Shown piece by piece: positions 54,550-64,000 of a DNA stretch of 64,000 nt. The notes below the pieces were generated by a model, which worked only from the letters and a program-made list of their open reading frames with translations, ran no database searches and was not told where the DNA came from. Origin of the DNA: Vicugna vicugna (taxonomy: Eukaryota). The first letter of the stretch is position 1, and each line of letters opens with the position of its first letter. The position numbers and the translations under genes were made by a program. The stretch covers positions 744,001-808,000 of the forward strand of contig MU061560.1 of the NCBI GenBank assembly GCA_013265495.1, written 5' to 3'.

Positions 54550-55520
54550 AGGGACAGTGAGGCATTTTCCCCCTCTGCCCTCCTATCACGGAGCCCTCCG
54601 GCCTAGTCTTCCCTGCCCTCAGGAGAAAAGTTTGGTGTTGCCAAGCTGAGTCAGGTAAACCTATTTGATATGGGAATATAGATACAAAATGAAAAAGAAA
54701 AACCAATTCTTTTATTTTCTCTAATGCAAAAAGGAGGGGAAACCGACCCCCTCCCCTTCTTTTCTTCCAGTGCATTTTAAAGTAAAATCTGCTAATTGTC
54801 CCTTTGGAATATATACACATAAATCTTTTAAAATCCTACATAAGGAGGGGGCAGGGTATAACTCAGTGGTAGCTTACCACGCGTGAGGTCATAGTTTCAA
54901 TCTCCGTAAATTTAAATAAATAAATCTAATTACCTTCCCCTGAAAAATAAGAAAACAAACAAACAAAAAAAAAAAGAAAAAATCCTAAATAAGACTCTTG
55001 CTTACATCACAACCCAGGACTATCTTTCTCAAGGACCGGGGAGCCATCTCTTTGAAATGTAAGGAAACTTTAAGGAAAACAGTGTCCCTACCTTCCAGCT
55101 TCTGCGGGACGGTGGGTGCCTAGTTTCTGCGGGTGTCTCACTTCAAAACTATCTCCTGCCATCAAGAGATGAGAAGTTTGTTTCTTCCGTGGATACAGCC
55201 AACTGTCTAACACAAGTGACCGCCTCATTACCAAGTGGTTGTGGGATGGACTACATATGACAAGTGGTGTTCTCAGTTCTCTTGAGAACTAGTTATCATT
55301 CAGCCTGAGAACATAAATGCGACGTACTAGATATACCTGGCTATATGAAAGGCTGAGACGTTCTTCTGTCTTTGCAGTCTCTTACAACAGTGCCTGTGAT
55401 ATGCGTAACACTCTGGCTTAATGCTTATTTAATAATAAAACTGTTTTCTTTCCCTTCTACCTTTGTGGAGAGGTTATTTGAGGTGGGAGGAGAATTTTTT
55501 AAAATTACATTTGCACAGCA
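54550..55520 (+). mobile_element. ERV1 LTR (MER34/MER39-like) containing a vic-1-like SINE (~54845-54978)
   Basis: U3/R/U5-like layout with aataaaactgttttctttcccttctacctttgtggagagg. SINE flanked by aaaatccta(c/a)ataag. Left boundary approximate. Confidence 0.6.
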
Positions 55521-55771
55521 CGTGGTAAACAGTAGTGAGGCCGAGGAAGGGGATAGAAACAAAAGTTACCTGGGCTAGGAGGAATTTTTAGGTGGCTTTG
55601 AGAAGAGAGATAGAGTCAAAAGGCACTAGAATGAGAGGATGAACAGGAGAGGAAAAAGAGAATTTTTAACAAATACTATTAAGTCACTCCATGTCTCCAT
55701 TTTCTTTCCCAATGTTCAAGGAATAGAAATAAAGGATTTGGGTTTAAAAACTCAAATGGCTTTTGACTACA

Positions 55772-56313
55772 TTATTGAACTCAGGCTCAGCCACTTGCCA
55801 CTCAAAGCCAGTATTCGAGAGGCAAGTGTCAGTAGAAAGGAAGGATGCTTTAATCAGAAAAGCCGGCAATCTGGGGACAAGGTGTACTCATGTCCCGAGA
55901 CCAACTCCATAGATTCTGCTCAGCCATGACAGTTTTTAAAGGGAGAAAAGGGGGAAGAACCTCAGTGAATCATGCAGGCAGGAGGTTGGATTATGCATCA
56001 CTCTCCTTTGCGTGCAGACGGGCTGACGGTCTCTTTAGATATTATCTTGCCGGCATGATCTGTCTGCAGGGTCGCTAAGGGGGCTTTAGAGGACGGAGAG
56101 CTAGTCGTTCTTTAACTACTTAATTCTTCATTCTTACTTCTTTTCACCGAGGAAAAGAATCAACAGGTTTGGGAAGGTGCAGTGTGCATTCAGGGGAGCA
56201 CAAGTCAGGAGTTAGGTTAACTGCCTAGGGATGGCATTCCTGTAATCAGGTTCTTTTAAGGCTAGAAGGGAACAGAAATGGGCAAGCAGGCAGGGGGCAA
56301 GGAGCTGCTTTCA
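55772..56313 (-). mobile_element. Probable ERV LTR
   Basis: gaactcaggctcagccacttgccactcaaagcc...ggatgctttaatcagaaaagccggc...gctttca, resembling an antisense LTR. Confidence 0.55.
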
Positions 56314-56989
56314 ACTACATGGACCAGGATTATTGACTACATTGGGTTAAAAAGGGACATTTCTTTTGGTATTTTCTTCTTTTGACCACGGTGTCATTCT
56401 GGTCCTAAACAAAACAAGCCACAGCTTTGTAAGCAATATAAATGAAATGAAGATGTATGGTTCTGAAATCTTATCTGCCTTCAGTTGCAGTCAGGCAGCA
56501 CACATAGCTCAATCTATTTAGCATGTCCTAACTGGAGTTATCTTTCAAAAACACTTGACCAAACATATCAATAGAAAAATGGGAAAAGGGTATGAATTGG
56601 CAATTAAAAGTTCCTATTGTGAGTACATGTACAAAAATTGTTGAAATGCACTAGTAATTAAGGAAATGCAATTTAAGATACCATGATACACTGTTTTTCA
56701 CTTGGTCAAGATACAAAGTGATAATTTGCAATTTAGATAAAGGTGTGCGAAAACGGTAATTCTCCAAATTTAAATTGCTGTAACTTTTTCAGTAACATGT
56801 ACATTAAAACATGTCTATTTCCTTTGATCCACAATTTTTTTTCTAGAATTGTATCCAACAGAAATAATCTGACAGTATTCTCACATCATTGCTTTAACAT
56901 CAAAATTTAAAAATGTTATAATAGCCAAGCAATAGACTTGATAAATTATGGGGTATCCATATAAAGTGTGAAATAAAATTTGTATTTTA

Positions 56990-57449
56990 TGGTCAGATAA
57001 GAAAAATTTAAACGTAAAAAATTTTCTCAGCCCTTTGACCTCCTCTCTCCCCTCTACTGTGCATTGTGTGTCTGTGTTACGCATCAGCCAAACCTCCCCA
57101 TTTAGCAGAAATACCTACTCAGTCATAAGGAGCAATACTCTCCCAGCACCAACAAGACAACTCCATAAAGATAACGTTCCTTCTTGATCTTGTAAGGGGC
57201 CACGATGGCCCATGACCCACTACTTGCTTTGCATGCTTACATCTAGATTGTGTAAACTGTCAATAATACGTCATTTAATGTACTGCCCTCTGTCTCAAAA
57301 AAACTCCTATACGTGTGCTTTGAATTCTAACGGGCAGAACAGTTCTCAGAGCTTTCTGAGAGGCTGTTCCCGGGTTATAATCCTCACTTTGGCTGGAATA
57401 AAGATTTCCATTTCTTTCTTAGATCAGCTGATTAAGTTTTCATCAATGA
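56990..57449 (+). mobile_element. Probable ERV LTR inserted in an old L1 fragment
   Basis: cagaacagttctcagagctttctgagaggctgttcccggg...ggaataaagatttcc. Antisense counterpart motifs occur in 52997-53448. Confidence 0.6.
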
Positions 57450-57861
57450 AAGAAATACTATTTAGCCATTAATATGATTTTGATGCTAATTGATTTCTAA
57501 AAATAGTCTTAACATCATGTCAAATCAAAAACAGTAGCTTTCATAATGGCATACATTGTATAATTTCATTTTATTTAAGAGCATCTGGAAGATGTATATC
57601 AAAATGTTACATTAATTTCTGTATCTGTGAACTTTTTTGTTACTTCTTTTTTGGTAAAAGTTCTGTTGGGGTAAAATTTACATACCTGTGTTAAGTTAAT
57701 ATATCTTTTGCTAGATTTATTCAGAGGTATTATAGAATTATCATTATTATTATTATTATTTACTATTGCTGAAGGAACTTTTAAAAAAACTACATTTTCT
57801 AAATTTAATGTAGAAAGTGCTGTTGTATATACATTTATAATAAAAAAAAACTTTTTTCATT

Positions 57862-59454
57862 TGTCAGGAGGAATTAATTTTCCTCTACCCTTCTAAGTTC
57901 TTCTGGCTGGTCTGAGAATTCAATTGACATGAGACAGACTAACAGGCAAAAATCAAGCAAATTATTTAATAACATTCTAAGGGAGCAGAACTTGCCACCC
58001 CAAAATATGTCTCTTTGGCATATTAATTATTTTAAGTTGGTTATTTTCTAAGAAACAGCAGACATGGGAGAAATTCTGAAAACCAAGTAGAAGTTACCTT
58101 TTTGTAAGAAACATTTACACTTATAAGGGAGAAACATTTACACTTATAAGGGAACTTTGTACTTGTAGGGGTGTCTTTCTCTCTGTACTAGGAAGAGGAG
58201 GATGACCAAGTCTCTAGAAACTCTTTTTTTTTTTTTTATAGTTGACCAAAATTCTATTTTATTTTATTTTTTTTAACATTTTTTATTGATTTATAATCAT
58301 TTTACAATGTTGTGTCAAATTCCAGTGTTCAGCACAATTTTTCAATCATTCATGGACATATACACACTCATTGTCACTTTTTTTCTCTGTGATTTATCAT
58401 AACATTTTGTGTATATTTCTCTGTGCTATACAGTGTCATCTTGTTTATCTATTCTACAATTTTGAAATCCCAGTCTATCCCTTCCCACCCTCCACCCCCG
58501 TGGTAACCACAAGTCTGTATTCTCTGTCCGTGAGTCTATTTCTGTCCTGTATTTATGCTTTGTTTTTGTTTGTTTGTTTTTGTTTTTGTTTTTTAGATTC
58601 CACATATGAGCGATCTCATATGGTCTTTTTCTTTCTCTTTCTGGCTTACTTCACTTAGAATGACATTCTCCTGGAGCATCCATGTTGCTGCAAATAGAAA
58701 CTCTTATCAACAGAAAAGGCAGTGACTTAAATCTGCAGAACAGTCTCACTCCCGTTTACTGTGACTATCTTGGTACTCTGACTCCACCCACCCTTAGCAC
58801 CCTCTTTTGTCTTCCACCAAGGATGAAGGATGGGCTTCCTCCATCACTTGGGTGAGTTAGTCAGTGTTCCTGGGTCTCTCCCTCGTGTACATGTTATAAA
58901 ACCTTTGTTTGAGTTTTTCTTGTTAATCTGTCTCATGCCAGTTTCATTCTCATGCCAGCCAGCAGAACCTAGGAGGGGAGAGGAAAATTTCTTCCTCCCC
59001 AACCGCATGCACACATGGGAGAGACTGAGGAGAACTGAGTAACTCCCCCAAATGGTGGAAGCTCTCACCTCAAAGACCATTTTCAGCTGAAGATAAAAGA
59101 GGATGTTGGGGGTAGTGGTTTGGGACTTCAAAGGGGAGGAAAGCATTTCACACGGAGACGAAAAAGCAAATGTTGGGTAAACGAAGTATTTGCTGGGCCG
59201 TGTGTTGACAATGGGTCACAGAGTGAACACTGGTCTTCAAGCCCTGCCAAGTTTCTCCCACCAGCCCGTGTCCTTTGCAGACATCTTTGGTGATAGGTCT
59301 GTTCTGGGAACAGGCCCTTTATCTAAATTCTTTAGGCAGTTAAAGGGGAGGTAAAAAGTGACTTCTTGAGTCTCTGATTTCTTAAAAATAATCAGCCTAA
59401 ATTAATCCTCCTGTCAAAGACACATTTTGGGGTGGCAAATTTTGCTCCCTTACA
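57862..59454 (-). mobile_element. Family B LTR (outer) interrupted by an inverted family B LTR (57976-59004, +), itself interrupted by an L1 3' end (58226-58694, -)
   Basis: Outer TG...CA with TSD catt. Inner flanked by acat/gcat. L1 TSD tagaaactctt at 58215-25 and 58695-705. Confidence 0.85.
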
Positions 59455-59623
59455 CATTTAAAACACTTTAGTATTGTTTGAATAAAGAATTCATAAAAAT
59501 TTAAAAAAAGACCTCAAAATAATTGCTTCTCAGTATTCTCACCAATTTTTAGCACTGTAGGGAGCATAAAAGGAAAGAACCACCATGCAGATGTACTAAA
59601 TACAAATAAGTGATTTATATTAT

Positions 59624-60249
59624 TGATGCGGGAAAACGGATGCAGGGCGTGAGGAGGGCTGAGCCCCAGGTCTGGGCTGAGCCCCTGGGACGTGACCAGC
59701 CAAGTGTGGGTCCTTCGCCTCACGCAGGAAAGAATTCACCATTGAGTTAAGGTAGATTTATTTAGAGAGATACACACTGCATCGAGTGTAAGGCAAGAGA
59801 GAGGCAAGGAAAGAGGTGTGGGGTTTGGGTGCTCAGGTTAAAGTAAAAGTAGGTACACACTCCATAGACAGAGTGTGGGCTGTCCCCAAAGGGGAGGGAG
59901 TGGAAAAGGGCCACTAGGCGTGGTGGTGTCACTTATTATGGGCTCAGTAGCTTCACAGGCCTACAGGGGGGATCCATCCAGCGGCCCTGGGGAAGGGGCT
60001 GGGATCCCCAGGGACTGGGCCACCTCCCATTCTATGGCCTTTTGCGGTCAGCCTCGGGGCTGTCATGGCGCCTGCGGGCATGTTATTTGATTACTTTGTT
60101 ACAATGAGCATATAATGAAGCTCAAGATCTACTAGAAGCTAAACCTCTTAATCCTTGAGGCCCACTAGGAGGTGAATCTTCCACCATTTTGGTGTTAAGC
60201 TGCTGTCATTCCTTGAGTGGCTGTGGCCCCCCCCTTCCCTCCTGTCACA
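59624..60249 (-). mobile_element. ERV1-type solo LTR, family A
   Basis: TG...CA termini, TSD ttat/ttag, homologous to 39391-40017. Confidence 0.85.
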
Positions 60250-60677
60250 TTAGTCCTCTGTTCTAAAGCTTCTGGTGCCTCATACCTTTGGGATGACTTC
60301 GTCAGCTTTAAAACCCATCAGTAATCTGGTTCTAACCCTAACACATTGGTTTATTGTTTGGTTATTTGGCTAAATCTGTTCATAAACACGTATTTTCCAA
60401 GCACTTTTCTATTTTCTCTTCTGCTCTTCCATGATCTTTGCTGTAATTTAAACATGCTCTGTGTATCGCTGCCTCCCTGCTTATGAAGTTTTTCCTAACT
60501 TGTAGTTCATTTATTCAATACCTACTATCCATTAAGGCAACTTATAATCCAATTCTTTTTCCTTCAAATATTCTAACTCATTTTTCTTTTATTTTAAATA
60601 ATCCAGTTTCTTCCTTTTTCACTCTAGAAGTCTATACTTTGCGAGATTTCAACTCTTGGGTTAGGCTTGACTCAGAG

Positions 60678-61993
60678 TGTTGCCAGAGCTGCTCCAAGTC
60701 TTTGCTCAAAACCCACCAGCCCACACTTCTAAGCAGGAGTGTCCTTGCTCACAGCCCTCCAACACCCACCTTTAGCAGGAGTGTCCTCTCTCCAGACTTG
60801 CCAGTGCCCACCTTTAGCAGGAGTTAACATAAATCTTTAAATTGAAGGGTCCAGAGATAAGAAAGGAAGCTACAAACAAGCGAAAAAACCCAGATGGGAC
60901 CAGCTGGGACTAAGATGGCAACAAATCTGACCTCTAACAGATCCTAAGTCTCATTATACATTGATTTTACTATATCAGCATATTAAGTGACACACCTACC
61001 AGCAGCCAGGGTCAGACTTTAAGGATCAAAAAAGGATAAAAAGGGGTGGCACCCTACTCCCTTGGGAAAAGTGTTACTGGGAGGAGTGGGGGAAAAAGGT
61101 ACTTCATTTCTTTGTTACCAGAAGAAAATGAATTTTTAATGAGAGACAGAAAACATGATATAAACAGAAGATTGTATTAGTAAAGAAGAAAGGTAATAAA
61201 ATACAGCACACCCCTGAGAACTGGGGGTGGGCCAACCCCAGAGAGGAAAGATGGCGCTCCTCTTTTGTTTCTCCTGTTCTTATATCCTGGCTTGGGTGGG
61301 GGGTTCTTGATTGACTGATTGATGGCTTATGTTCTTTGAGTGCTTAGGCTGATTGACCCACGGCTCGTGTTCCCTGTGCTCAGACACACCCATCTCTTTT
61401 ACACATGTTTCTACCCAGGATGCACGCAGAGAACCTATGGGAGGGGCTCGAACTGTAATGTTAGTTACATTATGAGCACTGGGTCAGGTTAAGCTGGTCC
61501 TTCCTCTGCTGTGCAGCCACAGTGTTTGATCCTAGCCGGCTTCTTTGCTGGCCCTCATTTAGAGAAAGTAAAAAAATTTGGAGCCCCTTATCCTGAGCAC
61601 AGGCGTATGTTATTTTCTGGGTTGCTCCCTCCTCGTTCCTCTCCCCTTGCCCACGTCTTCTTTCCATCTAACAACAAAAGCACTGGCCCTTCCCTGTAGA
61701 CTAATGCATATGCCTCCCCACCCCATCATTGGCCTCACTCCTCCTGCCTTTGCCTTTACCCTTTAAAAGTAAATCCCTTTAGCCCGATGGGGGAGAAGTT
61801 GTTCTGTGAGCTTAATTCCCCCTTCTCCATTCTTTGGTCACTGAATAAGGTTTGTACTGTGTTGATCTCAGCTTTGGTTTTGTCATTTGCCTCCCGGAAC
61901 CGGAACAGGGGGAAAGAACCCTCACCTGTGGAGGCAGAGAGCCTTGGCTGGACTGAGGCCCAGGCAGGATCCATATGACTCAGCTGGGTAACA
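60678..61993 (+). mobile_element. ERV LTR interrupted by a second LTR (61072-61676, probably antisense)
   Basis: Outer tgttgcc...ggtaaca with agag/agat flanks and aataag signal at ~61844. Inner tgttac...aacaaca with perfect TSD aaag. Confidence 0.75.
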
Positions 61994-62568
61994 AGATAGT
62001 GACCCCTTCACCCATTTGAGGATGGGGTTATTCACTGGATCTTGCTGCCTATACAGTAAAACCCCTTTCTGTCTTGTTCTCCAAGTATTTCTTGATATGT
62101 GCTTTACTGAGAAAGTTAACAATTGAATTTAAGATGTAACAGAATGGTGAATTACAATCCTAAGGTAAAAGCATTATGATTTTGCAGAATCTAAATTTAG
62201 GTTGTAACATTTTCAAATATGTTTACAATTGTCCTAAATGTATTTCTCAATGTGTCCTTCTAGAACTGACTGGAATTTTAGGGCTTTCTCTTATACTTAA
62301 AAATTAGTTTCATAGGGGGAATAAAACATAAAGAGATCATTCATGGCCAACTTACTGCATCTTTTCCCCTCTTTTCTATAAGAATCCTCTGCTACAACCG
62401 TCTTCTAATAACTTTCCGCCCATGTTTGCTTGTTCAGTGCTTTAGTCTCTCTTGTAATCTCCATTCTTCCTACCCAACAAAATTTTGCTAAATCTTATAG
62501 ATTTGAGTCAAGACCCATTTATATCACTATTACTAATTACATTTGGTCTAAATGGGAAAGAGTGGAAG

Positions 62569-63042
62569 TCTTACTAATATAACTAACAAAATGGCTTCCC
62601 CGATGCTAAGGCATTTGCTGACTCATTTTGACACACCTCATTTTTCTTTTTGTTTACATGCTCAATTGCTTCGCTAAAATAGCCCCCAACCTTCCCTATC
62701 CATTCTTTAACCCAGAAGCTGTTTTCTGGAAAGAAAGTCACGGGTTGATGACCTCAGAAGAATGGACAGAGCCTAAGGAGTTTTCCGTGGTGCCAGATGG
62801 ACTTATAAAGATCAAGAACACAGCTCCACAAACTGCCCCTTATTGTTGCTGCTCTTCTGCTCTGTCTTACAAAACCTCAAGACCCCAACCCCGAGATGGT
62901 TCACAGTCTTTGGGGCTTAAGCCTGCTGTGATTCCCCTTTGCCTGGCAAAACAATAAAGCTGCTCTTTTCTGTTTCTCCGAAGGACTCTGTCACTAAGTT
63001 TGAATTCATCTTCTGGGGTACAGAGGCTGATTTTCTGTAACA
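62569..63042 (+). mobile_element. Probable ERV solo LTR
   Basis: aataaagctgctcttttc poly(A) signal, U5-like end ttttctgtaaca. Start approximate. Confidence 0.65.
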
Positions 63043-63226
63043 AATGGATCTTTTAAATTTGTATTTCTGCAAAGTTTTTTTTTTCTGTACTGTCTATATA
63101 TACACTATACACTTGTATTGTCTCAAAATGACTGTGTTTTATGTTTTAAAAAATTGGCTAGAATTTAACTCCCTCAAAAACAGGCTGCATGGGTGGTAGA
63201 AAGAGTATGGATTTAGAACCTGGTTT

Positions 63227-63435
63227 TGGGGGAGAGTATAGCTCAGTGGTAGATCTATGCTTAGAGTGCATGCTTAGCATGCACGAGGTCCTGGATTCAA
63301 CACCCAGTACCTCCATCAAAAACAAAAACAAAAACAAAAACCCTAATTACCTACCCTGCCCTGAAAAAAATATAAAAAATAAAACCAAACAAAAAACCCC
63401 CGAAAACTCCCCCCCCACAAAACAAAACAAAAAAA
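63227..63435 (+). mobile_element. tRNA-derived SINE (vic-1-like) inserted in a MIR
   Basis: A/B boxes with a small internal duplication (atgcttag twice). Flanks agaacctggttt / agaacccgattt. MIR core resumes at ~63445-63610. Confidence 0.85.
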
Positions 63436-64000
63436 GAACCCGATTTATGGCTCTGCCATATTCCAGCTATTTGGTCTTGGGCAAGTTATTTAGTCCCTCT
63501 GATACACAATTTTCTTCTCTGTTAAATGATGAGAGAGATACCTTCATTATGAGATAGTGGTGAGGACTAAATGTGATAATATATAATGTGCTGTGTACAT
63601 AGTAAGTGCTCTAAAAAGTGATTATCTTTTTCTTACCAGATAAAGTCTTGATTATTCTATGGTAGCAAACAATCCAAATCGTAGTCACATAACACAGAAG
63701 TTTGTCTCTCTTGGATTTCACGTCCAACATGGGTCAGCTGGGAGCTCTGCTCAGTGGAGTTGCTCAAGGACCCAGGGTAATGGAGAATTCATTTTGACAT
63801 TTGCTCCCAGCATCACAGAAGCAGTGGGATGAGAGCATGGCAAATAAATTGGCTCTTAAAACTTCTGCTTAGAAGTAATAGACTTCCCTTCTACTCACAT
63901 GCCATTGGCCAAAGCAAGTTGCTTGTCAACTTCAGAAAGGCTCAGGGAGCATAGTCATCATGTATCTGGAAAGCTCTCTAGGCAGAAATATTTGGTGAAT

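Noticed and set aside
58107..58152. 23-bp tandem duplication (similar small ones near 31810, 40803 and 21061)
   Set aside because: Ordinary slippage-type duplications with no sign of function.
60710..60826. Regularly spaced short repeats resembling a CRISPR array
   Set aside because: Only three degenerate copies, inside a mammalian LTR, with no cas genes.

Overview
Mammalian genomic DNA, most likely from a camelid (inferred from abundant tRNA-Ala-headed SINEs of the vic-1 type). The left 19 kb holds the 5' end of plakophilin-2 (PKP2) on the minus strand: a CpG-island promoter, coding exon 1 (18762-18540), exon 2 (5325-5213) and exon 3 (4436-3757). All have GT-AG boundaries in matching phase, and the gene continues off the left edge. 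The remaining ~45 kb is repeat-rich upstream intergenic DNA with a full-length RPL31 processed pseudogene, L1/L2/MIR/MaLR/hAT remnants, about 11 tRNA-derived SINEs and a dense cluster of ERV solo LTRs (some nested) at 53-63 kb. There are two N gaps (18850-18900, 23773-23832). I found no convincing novel multi-gene system. The most notable observations are a TSD-flanked ORF1-only (HAL1-like or spliced) L1, a very GC/CpG-rich and diverged PKP2 exon 3, a three-level LTR/LTR/L1 nest with a probable 3' transduction, and two near-perfect tandem duplications. Repeat family names and human comparisons are from recall and were not searched.
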